Assembly (NCBI RefSeq): GCF_006345805.1
Contig: NC_043002.1
Span: 31,186,001 to 31,250,000 of the forward strand
Origin: Octopus sinensis
Taxonomy: Eukaryota
Length of the DNA: 64,000 bases
Direction: 5' to 3'
Below are positions 29,065 through 39,829 of the stretch, piece after piece (the stretch's first letter is position 1; each line of letters begins with the position of its first letter). A model generated the notes under the pieces. It had not been told where the DNA came from. It worked only from the letters and a program-made list of their open reading frames with translations, and did no database searches. Made by a program: the position numbers and the translations under genes.

Positions 29065-29780
29065 GTTTCGTAGAGTAGGTGTTATTTCATACATTTCCAG
29101 ACATTTCTTAATCCAGTCTTGTAGACTATCAAAAGCTTTTGTATAGTCTACACAGGTTATCGATAAGTTTTTGCGTGATTTGTGATAATCTTCCAAGGTA
29201 ATCTGATTGATGAGTAGCCGATCTTTACAACCATAGGATCCACGTTTAAATCTTGCTTGCTCATTAAGGAATAAGCCACTTTGTATGAAAAAGCTATAGG
29301 TATATTCAGTCAAGACAGATGTTTGTATTTTATACATTGTTGTTAAGCAGGTTATGGGTCTATAATTGTTTGGTCTTTTTGTTTCTTCATTTTTTCAAAG
29401 TAGATTTGGCTGCTTCTCACAGTTTCTATAGCCATACTGCATCTCCATTTTGATTGGCTCATCCCAAATATTACTCCTGAATTTTCTAGCTTCTTCTGCA
29501 CTAAGTTTCTCATCTTCAGTACTTCGTTTTTCACTATTTATTTGGTTATGAAATCTCCTCTGGTGTGCCTCAAATAATGTATCTTGTTGATATTGATCTA
29601 TTCTTTTCTGATATCTGGAGAGCTTGTTTGCAACTGATATGATACGATGTTTCAACTCTTCTATTACTGTCCCAACTCCTTTCTCTGTGACTGAGTATCT
29701 TTCCTCAAGGTAATATTAGTATCTTGTGTTTCCTCACTTGTTCTGTTGTCAGGCTTCTAGTCTACTCAGGTCTTATCTTA
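29065..29780 (-). pseudogene. Decayed Dong/R4-type retrotransposon fragment
   Basis: GCKDRLLINQ...VDYTKAFDSL..WIKKCLEMY and ANKLSRYQKRI...FRSNIW motifs; 5' junction at a (TTG/TTA)n tract. Confidence 0.85.
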
Positions 29781-29826
29781 TATTTGTTGTTGTTCTTGTT
29801 GTTGTTGTTATTATTGTTGTTATGTG

Positions 29827-29985
29827 CGGCATTTCGTTTGTCTTTACGCTCTGATTTCAAATCCCGCCGAGGTTGACTTTGCCTTTCATTCTTTCGGATT
29901 CGATAAATTAAGAATCAGAGAAACACTGCAATCGATGTAATCGAATGACCACCTCTAACTTTCTGGCTTTAGTAGAAAGAATTAA
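29827..29985 (+). mobile_element. SINE family B, partial
   Basis: TTCAAATCCCGCCGAGGTTGACTTTGCCTTTCAT core. Confidence 0.8.
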
Positions 29986-30684
29986 TAGTTTCATCTGTTG
30001 AAATATACTCAAAAATATTCTTCAGACTCACAACATATATGACAAACTAAACAAATTGAGTAATAGAAAACGAAGGACAGTAAGCAAAAACACAAAAACT
30101 AAAATGGAAAAACATAAGTAGGAAAAATGATGAAGGAACTATCATGGTTACACCTGAAATGGCAAGGCTGCAACGATATCAAATCAGTCATGAAAAGGCG
30201 GCATTTTCCTATTCTTCCAAATATACTTATACATATGTAAGGAGTCAATGAAAATTTCTAACCAAGAATTAAAGAAAGATTTTAGGATCTTAGATCTGAA
30301 CAGGAGCTGCACTCTTTCAGCCATACAAAGTCTATATTCGATCAATCTACATATACATACATGTATGTGTATATACATGTATGTGTATATACATGTATGT
30401 ATATATATATATATACTGTAGTGTCTGAGGAGAGTCATTTTTTTCTTGTACCTTATAATTTAATACACTCACAAGAGAAATTTTCATTTATTTCTTATTT
30501 TTATTTTCCCAAAATTTTCGCTGCGTCTTGCAAACTTTTCAATACTCTTAACCCTGTCCATTATTTACACTGCGTTCTTTTTTGTTTGTTTGTGCACGTC
30601 TGTGGGTCAGTGTGTGTGCGTGTGCCTATGCATACATGTATGTATGTATGCAAGTGTGTATGTATATGTGTGTGCATGCATATG

Positions 30685-30732
<48 letters not shown>

Positions 30733-31086
30733 GTGTGTGTGTGTGTTGTGTGTGTGTGCGTGTGTGTGTGTGTGTGCATGTTTATAAATGTATTCTGCAT
30801 ATTTATGTGCTTGCAAGTCCGTGTTTGTGTATTTTTTATGTATGTGTGTATGCGTGTGTTTGTATATGTATGCACCTCTGTCTCCTATTCTACTCTACCT
30901 GTTTATCAGGTGGAGTGGAATAGTTAGTAAGTTGTTATGTAGATAGATGTGTGTATGTGGGGGAAGGTCATATGTATATATGTGCATATGTACATCTATG
31001 TAAGCATATGGATATGAAAATAAACAGATCAACTTACAGACGGATAGGTACATAGGTTATATGGACAGAAAGTTCACATATGTGAA

Positions 31087-31132
31087 CTGCGCAAGGATGA
31101 CACGCAAATTCGTGAAGCGTTCCATATTTTTT
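31087..31132 (+). ncRNA. U6: U6 snRNA 3'-terminal fragment (5'-truncated retrocopy)
   Basis: CTGCGCAAGGATGACACGCAAATTCGTGAAGCGTTCCATATTTTTT is identical to the conserved metazoan U6 3' end as recalled; the 5' part of U6 is absent. Confidence 0.93.
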
Positions 31133-31175
31133 AATATAGGTGCAGGAGTGGCTGTGTGGTAAGTAGCTTCTTACC

Positions 31176-33124
31176 AGACAGACGTGCTGTTTTTTGCTCC
31201 GGCAAATGTCACGTGTTAACGTGAATTATTGAACATTTACGGCAACAGGTAGGACATTTTGGATATTTTTGGAAGCATAGTGAGGTTTATTGCTTGCCGT
31301 TAATACTTTTTTGGCATTAAAGTTAATTAGTGTTAACACTTTTCTGCGCGTAATAAGCTTCACTTGCTTCGGATGTATTTGTTCTGCCTGTTGGCGTATT
31401 TATTGTCTCACCTTTTAGTGAGAATTGTGTATTTTGAAGAGGCATAGCCCCTCCTCAAAAATTAATTTGTTCGCTTGTATTTACCACGGAGAACCAAGTG
31501 TGCTGCAACTAGGAGTACCCTGTTTCGTGAGGATTACCAGTTGCAGAACTGTGTTGCCATTATTTGAACTGGCTTCCTTCGTCCTTTTCTCTGTTCTGTC
31601 TTTCTGTTCTGTCATTGTGTTTTTTTCTTATTGGACTTTGAACTTTTAGTTGAACTTTTTTCAAAATCATGGCAACAAAAGAAACCACTGCTTTGGAATG
31701 GGAGGTTGTCCCACCCAAGCAGTGGATTGAAAGTCTTGAGAAGAGGACGGTGGTCCTACGAACCTATTCTAGGTCGCGTGGAGCTATCGCTCTCTTCGAC
31801 AGGAGCACCATAGAGAAAGAGTTGGGGGACCACCTACCAACGATAAAGTTTATTTCTCGGGGGAGTAAATTTGCAACGGTGTGGTTGCTGTTTGGTACCC
31901 CCGAGGAAGCTAGCAGATTTTCTAGCGAGCCACTGGAGGGAGAGGAAATTCTGTTCCTCCCCTCGTATTGTGGCAGAAAAGTAAAAAGAGCCTGGGTTTG
32001 TGGGCTGCCCCCGGGCACGGAGGCGGAATGGATCGAGAAGACCATCCGGCGAGGCCTGGGGGATAGCGGACCCAGGCTACTGAGTGTGAAAATGGCTCCC
32101 GCGGTCGCCTGGGAGGGGTCAAAGGCAACTTTGACCCTGTGGACACCGGTGGCCGTGGGAGAAATGAAATTCGCGGACTTCCTGAGAATGGCTCGGCACA
32201 GGTACTCGGTGATACTCGAGGGACGCCCCCCAAGTGTCACCTGTGCCTGAAGCCCGGACATATCAAGAGGAATTGTCCCGGGGGCCGTGGTGGTGCCCCG
32301 GAGCATGAAGGGGAAAAGGCGCCCGCCGCCCCCTCATTGGAGGGGGAGACGGTGGAAGTCGTGGAGGAGGTTGCCTCCACGAAAAGAAAGAGACAGGCGA
32401 GCAACAATGGCTGCTCGCCAAAGAACGCTCAGGTGGCGGAGGGGGATAGCGATCCCCCGTGTCTGGTGACGGAGTCCTTTGGGTCAGCAGTCTCCCCCAA
32501 AAGAAGGAGGAGAAAAAGAAAGAAAGGTCGGGCGGCTGATATCCATGAGCCGCAGACGTTGGCGGGAACTGTGCCGCCAACGAAAGAACTGAACGTATTG
32601 GTCCTCTTCTATAGAGGAGGAGAAATTGAAAAAAAAATGATGGAAGAGTACCACAAGGGAGCTCCTTTAGCCTTCACACAGGACCCCGAATGGCCTCCGC
32701 AGATAGCTGTGGAGGCTGTGGCGTTCGACGTGACGCTTGGGCTAAATGAGCTCAATGAAGATTATAGCTTGGTCCCGGGCGACGCGAACTCGGAACTTGA
32801 TTACGTTCTGAGGGAGGCGTGTATGATGGTGAAGGGCGCGGGCACAAGCTATTTCGAGGACGATATGTAATTATTGAACTGTTAGTATTAATAATGGACT
32901 GCTAAGTCCAAAAATTGGAAAAATTGTAAGAGGTTTAATACCTCGTTTTGTGTTTATCTTTAAAAAGAACAAAGTTTTAGAGAAGCGAAAGTCGGCGGGC
33001 GCTTTTTGTCTTCTCCCATCCTTATCATCTGTCTTTCATTATCATTCACTTCATTAATGTCCTCGTCCAGCCCGCAAAGCTAACTTAATCTGTGTACTGC
33101 CTTTATGGCAAATGTTTTGAAATA
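31176..33124 (+). mobile_element. ORF1-only non-LTR retroelement (Tx1/HAL1-like)
   Basis: About 490-bp 5' UTR, one gag-like ORF, about 250-bp 3' UTR ending in AATAAA, flanked by an imperfect 15-16-bp TSD; no endonuclease or RT coding sequence. Confidence 0.8.
31669..32870 (+). CDS. Gag-like ORF1 protein (~400 aa) with CCHC zinc knuckle; one-base frameshift at a C6 run (32226-32231)
   Basis: Joining the ORFs 31669-32250 and 32139-32870 gives ...VILEGRPPKCHLCLKPGHIKRNCP... (CX2CX4HX4C) followed by a basic KRRRRKRKK tract; GC-rich relative to the flanks. Confidence 0.8.
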
Positions 33125-34769
33125 AAGTAGCTTGCTAACCAACCACATGGTTCCGGGTTCAGTCCCACTGCGTGGCATCTTGGGCAAGTGTCTTCTGCTA
33201 TAGCCCCGGGCCGACCAATGCCTTGTGAGTGGATTTGGTAGACGGAAACTGAAAGAAGCCTGTCGTATATATGTATATATATATAAGTGTGTGTGTATAT
33301 GTTTGTGTGTCTGTGTTTGTCCCCCTAGCATTGCTTGACAACCGATGCTGGTGTGTTTACGTCCTCGTCACTTAGCGGTTCGGCAAAAGAGACCGATAGA
33401 ATAAGTACTGGGCTTACAAAGAATAAGTCCCGATTTGCTCGACTAAAGGCGGTGCTCCAGCCTGGCCGCAGTTAAATGACTGAAACAAGTAAAAGAGTAA
33501 AGAGTATATGTACATGGAGACTGAAACACATTACCATATATACGTACACACACTATATTTCACACTAGGACACATATGGGGACACGTGTCCACACATATG
33601 GAGATGCACAGCCATACATAAAATCACAGTATATAGTTGCAAAACACACAAACACACATACATAAAAAATACACAAACACGGACATGCACGCACATGAAT
33701 ATACAGAATACATACATACAGATGCACAGTCACATAATACATATATACACACACATATATACATACACACACATATATACATACACACACATGTTTACAT
33801 ACAACCAAATCCAAAAACGAAGGAGTGGCTGTGTGGTAAGTTGCTTGGTGTTCAGGAATGTGTGTGATTTTGTAGAAATACAGCTTAAATGAAATACGGC
33901 CTCTGTTACATAAAAGGAACCTCGTGGATTTCATGAATTCATATCGTCAACAGATATTTCCACATTTCTCCCAACTACCTTTTCTTCTTAGCGTTTTAAT
34001 TTTAAAAAATTAAAAAAAAACACAGGAGCATTATAAATACAGACCAACTTTACATATTTCGCAAACTTTGCTTCACCTGCTCTCAATTGCTTTTCTTAAT
34101 GAAGATCGTAACAGAAAAAAAATAAAAGCAAAACAACACTGACGTTAAATAAATAAATCCACAAAGCTCATATTTCCAATATAGCAGCAGCTGTTCCACT
34201 TTAATAATAATTGAATATTTTCACCAAAGAAAATATTCAATAACTTTACCTCAGAAAATTAATTATCAATTTTACGTATTTTCTTAACATAATTCTTTCA
34301 TTTTCTTTATATTTCTGTTTAGTGCTGTTTATAATTATTGCTATATTATGTTCTTATTTTTTTTTTCAATGCCGGATATGATGCGAAAATATAATGAATT
34401 GTATTTCAAAGCGAATCATTCACATGTCAGAAGCGCCGTGTTTATGTGACCTTACAATTTCTTTGTTAGACACTTAAGAAGTTTAAAAGTGTTTTAGTGA
34501 TAAAGAGGGAGGTCATTTAGTTAGAAGAAACTTTGAAGGAGATATTTTACATTGGATTCAATTAATTAATTCTTTAATTGAAGTTTCATTGACAGAGGTA
34601 TCTCCCTCTGTCTCTCACTCTTTCTCACTTCTCTCTCTCTCTCCCTTTTTCTATCGGTCTACATATTTATCTGTATATATATATAATATATAATATATAT
34701 ATATATAATATATATATATATATATTATATATTATATATATATACATACATATAAAGTTAATCCATACA

Positions 34770-34975
34770 TGAAAAACGCAAAGAGAAAACACAACAACGC
34801 GAGGACGTGGAACAAGTATAGTGTTAATGGACGCTCAGGAAAGTAAAGAAAGAAGGAGGATTTAACGTTTCGGGCGGAGCTCTTCGTCAGAAACATAGGA
34901 AAAGGAAATATCCAAGGAAAGGAAGACTGAGGGAAAAAAATCGCCAACGGTACACACGCGGTCACATTTGCTTTC
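34770..34975 (-). mobile_element. Short element with a canonical-core hammerhead motif (34860-34894)
   Basis: GTTT-CTGACGA-A-GAGC-TCC-GCCC-GAAACGT-T-AAAT; shares the ACGCTCAGGA...ACGTTTCG block with the 13.2-kb element; the 50.3-kb element has a degenerate version. Confidence 0.65.
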
Positions 34976-35040
34976 TGATTTCACCCATCGATTTATTCAA
35001 GATGGATATATACATACGTTGTGCATGCACACACACACAC

Positions 35041-35130
<90 letters not shown>

Positions 35131-35697
35131 GTACTTATATGTGTGTGCGTGTATGTGTATGAGTGTGGTAAAGTCCATGACATAATATGCTTATGCATAA
35201 CGATACTTGTAAGCTGGTGTTAAAACTCTGTGTACAAATCTTCCGCCATGGAGGAAACATTAATAAAAAATGAAATGAGTAACGAATGGATAATAAATTG
35301 TGAAGGAACTTCATTAGCTTACAGGTGTTTGCAATATAAAATGCAATGTACTTCAACTTGTACGCGGGTACATCACCCTTTGTATGATGGTGCATCATCC
35401 CATAGCTCCGGCAGAGCGTCAAAAATTAGGTGCTCTTATACTTCCGAAAGCACTTACAAACATAAAGAAATGGTACATACGGTCCATACAAAGAAATTGA
35501 AACGATTTTTGAAAATTTATTGCACTTCAAATTTAATGCTGATGAAGTACGTTGCAGGTTATTGCAGAAACGGCTGTAACATAAGAACAGGAACTACGTA
35601 ATCAGTTTCGTTAGCTTAGAGGTTTTTCTGCTATAAGAAAATGAAGTACCAATATCATATCTCATTGCAGTGATTCATCAATCTCTGTCTCGCAACC

Positions 35698-35737
<40 letters not shown>

Positions 35738-35753
35738 AACACAAACACACATA

Positions 35754-35940
35754 TCTACTACATATGTGGAAATCTGTGGGTGTGTTTGTTTGCGGCGTTG
35801 TTATCAAACTCCTCCTACAGAGTTTCATCGATTTTGATGAAACTTGACACATGAGTAGAACTCTTGTCTGGAAAACCAGTGACATACTTAGATTGTTGAA
35901 AAATAAACGATAATAGGGCACCTGGAAGGGATTCTTATAT
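35754..35940 (+). mobile_element. Possible Helitron/DINE-like 5' portion
   Basis: TCTACTACATA start, GTGTGTTTGTTTG, then ATCGATTTTGATGAAACTTG typical of such elements; no 3' hairpin-CTAG found. Confidence 0.35.
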
Positions 35941-36559
35941 CTACTACATATAACTAATATATTATTTTTAAACATACAAGTGAAATAACCCATTCGATCC
36001 TACAAGGGATCCTTATATGTATAGCCAAGGGAAATAACCCATTCATGATCGTAAATTATTTCGTATAAATTAAATTGAGTAAGCTTATTTCTTAGTATTT
36101 GAACTATTTGAATTATTTTCGCAATTTATCCAGTACAATGCTTAAACAAGTAAACAGTATTTTTCTAAACAATAGATCCACTTATTTCGTTTAGTGAATT
36201 ATTTACAAATATACTAACACTAGCGCCACTGCGGGTAATATTCTCTGCGAATGAACAAAAGCCTATTTCAAAGTTATTTAATTTGAATTATTATTATTAC
36301 CTATCTCATTAGCTTGTTATTACGTAACATGCACCACGATTTTACTGTACATACCTTATTATACAGTATACAGTTCGTTTTCTATTTTTTTGTATTTATG
36401 TTTTTGCTTTTCATTGTGTTCAACGTTTTTTGATGTCCTGTACACATATATGCATTATATATGCATGTATATGTAGGTATGTACATATATGTTTGTATAT
36501 ATGCATATATTTATATATTATATATTTTATTATATATATATGTATACATATATATATAT

Positions 36560-36618
<59 letters not shown>

Positions 36619-38252
36619 GATATCGAAGCGCAAGCAGCAATACTTCAGAATAACATACTGTATATTTTACTTACTTCGGCTATTCTGCAGGAGCCACAAC
36701 ACAGGCATTCGTCTTCAGAAAGCATCTCGTATAGAACTTTAGGTGTCTATACTAGATGCTTTACCAGGACGTGTACCGCATTGTTGTTGCTTTCTGCAGT
36801 ATAATCACTTGAAATAGGATATAGAGAATGATTCATGTGCACGCACGCATACACACCAACATTAATATTCATATCTTCTAAGCTGTTTATGCTTCTATAT
36901 TACCATAATCATTTCGCTACTACTTTGTTTGAAAACCTGTAATCCAATAACTTCATTATACGCATAAGTATTATTGAATATTAATATAATTATTTATTAT
37001 ATTATCATCGATTATATGTTATCATATGATATTATACGATTATATATGTAATTATTCTATTTTCCGGTTATCGATTTCGTTATAGATTTATCGTCATCGT
37101 AATAACATATTTAACTCTATTTTTATTGGATATAGATCAATATCTAAAAGATGCTTCAACTCATGCATTTTAGAAGAGAACATAGCGAATTATATCGACA
37201 TCAGTACTTCTCTGATAACACTGGTCTGCATTTGGGAAATTTTTACATTTTATTTTTATTCACGGTTGTGATGTTACACATCCTGATTTTAAATATCTAA
37301 ACCATTTTGCTCTGTCATATAACGATGTTGAATAAAAGACCAATTGATAATAAAAGAAAATATGAATTATTAATAAATTGTTACTGTATTAAAATGAAGC
37401 AAGTAATCAGGGAAAAGCATATTCTCTTAGTTTTAAGGAAATATATTTTCCAAATCAACATGAAATGAACCACGTTCATCATTAAATGAATCAGAATTAT
37501 CAACATCAAACTAGATGAATGTAAAAAATATACTCCTATAAAACAATCATGCAGTCCAGTGTTATCATTATCTCTGTCTCAGTAAGTTCTAAGTTCAAAT
37601 TCCGCTGAGTTTGACTTTGCCATTAATACTTTCAACGTCGATGAAATAAGCACTAATTATGTACTGGTGTCGATGTAAAGGACTGCCGCCCTCCTGCAAA
37701 GTCTTAGGCCAAGCGTCTATATCAAAAAGGATTAATCTACCTCGGAAGAACAAAGGTTAAATACAAAGGACAGAAACGATGGGTTGTAGGGGATTTACTC
37801 TCTCTCTCTTATACAAATCTGACATGCAGGCACAGTCGTTCTTGTTTTATATTTCGCCAGTTCATCAATTATAAACGTACACACAAAAGCTAATTTTCAT
37901 TACACATTTACAAATTGAATTATATACGTTATGTATATTTTCAATTACATATGTGTGCTTCCAATTAAATAATGATATATGCAAATGGGATTTTTAATTA
38001 TATTATAGAAATTAAAAGCAAATCATGCAGTGTAATTCATAGAGATAAATACTTCGATTTCCGCAAATTTCAACAGTTCTACGACCAGGTATAGTATATA
38101 CAACTAGGTATATATAAAGTTAATATCCAATTTAAGCTTATCAATTATACTATGATATTTAAATCTACTTCTATGTATCTACCTATAGAAAAATTTGTTA
38201 ATATATGTATCTACGTATATATATATAATATATATATATATATATTATATAT

Positions 38253-38301
<49 letters not shown>

Positions 38302-39319
38302 GTATGTGTGTGTGTGTATACATATATGCAGAGAAAGAGAGATTGGGACCTAGACATATATATATATATATGTACATTTGTATGTAAACATGAATAGAGA
38401 TACTAATACGCATAAACCTGCGCACAGATACATATTTATATATATATATACATACATAAGCACACATTTGCATATATAATCGTCTATCTGCGTGTGTTTG
38501 TGTTTGTATGTACGTGATTGTATGTGTATGTGTTTATGTACATGTGTGTATATATATGTGTGTGTCTGAGCGCGCGCATTTTCTCTAAGTAGAAACACAT
38601 TCTTCATGAACTGTAAGTCTATGTATCACGTTTCCGATATTTTAACCGTTTTGCGAAGTCTTACAAATTTCGACGTCCAGAAAAATGGCTCAAACCGCAT
38701 CTTGATATCAAGAGTTCGCAGTAAGTTGAGATTAGGAATGGGTTCGTCGATAGAAAAACTTTGTACGTTAGCTCCAATCGGAACTCATAATATTTTGCAT
38801 GTATGTATTTCATGAGTGCAGACTCATGACAGGATCATCTCTGTAATGCTACATGCATATAAACTCGTAATATATTTATACATGAATGTTGAGATATACA
38901 TGACATCGTAGTGATCTCGTTGTTGTCCGATTTGCCTGACAGTGAAATCATATTTTTGCTTAGGTGTCATCTCCATTTGTAAGACGCTCTTTCCCTCAGC
39001 TGATCTCTATAACGGAGCTGCAATCCTAGGTCAAGAAAAGACCAATATTAAGTGATTGACACGTGAAATATCGTTAGGCGCTTAATGTTTTCTACCAGTC
39101 CGACAATGTGGTCGGTGGAAATTGTACAGTGACAATATAAAGAAATCTAGTGTTGGATGAGAGCGATGACTTTCCCGAAGAATCTCTAGGCGTCGAACAA
39201 GATGAACCTGCTGGTCTATTTCTTAGGGCTTTTGGGCCCGGTACAACCATGGATAAACTATCCCTAAATCCCTTGCCTGACAGTGCTACCGAACATATTG
39301 TGCACGAAAGATTTATATT

Positions 39320-39627
39320 CGGAAACATTGTTTTTGATATCGAGTTATAGTCAGTTTCCTTAGTTATGAAGGACATTTCTTACAATCTTTGCTGTTCCTA
39401 ATAGAACAGATTTCTGATTAATGCTATACTTATAGTTACACCAATATCAAGAAGGACTATATTTATAGAAACCATCCATAGTCATCGAATTTCCCTAGCC
39501 AAATCCTCCTATTTTCTCCTCCTCTTTCACCGCTAAGTTCACGTCCGCAGATATAATTACATCTATAATGATGCGCTCACTTTTACCTTTTGTCCACTTG
39601 CATGAAGTTCGCGTTTACAATGTTGAC
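39320..39627 (-). pseudogene. Old Dong/R4 3' fragment (RLE domain end)
   Basis: IIIDVIISADVNLAVKEEEKI / EDLAREIR*LW / QKSVLLGTAKIVRNVL* across frameshifts. Confidence 0.75.
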
Positions 39628-39720
<93 letters not shown>

Positions 39721-39721
<1 letters not shown>

Positions 39722-39806
39722 TGTTTGACTTTTGCTTTGCATTTGTTCAAGTTGGCTCCAAGTCTCCCCATGAGACATCAAGAGACAAGTTAGATGTTCA
39801 TGTTGG
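39721..39806 (-). mobile_element. About 85-bp 3' terminus of the 54-kb Dong family
   Basis: Homologous to 53874-53965 and 52680-52764; ends GTCAAACAA-(ATA)n; (TAA)n on both sides. Confidence 0.8.
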
Positions 39807-39829
39807 TTATTATTATTATTATTATTATT

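Larger units (their letters stand above)
31139..33505 (+). mobile_element. SINE family A split by an insertion (31139-31175 plus 33125-33505)
   Basis: The head GGTGCAGGAGTGGCTGTGTGGTAAGTAGCTTCTTACC resumes at 33125 as AAGTAGCTTGCTAACCAACCACATGG and continues to a complete tail. Confidence 0.93.
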
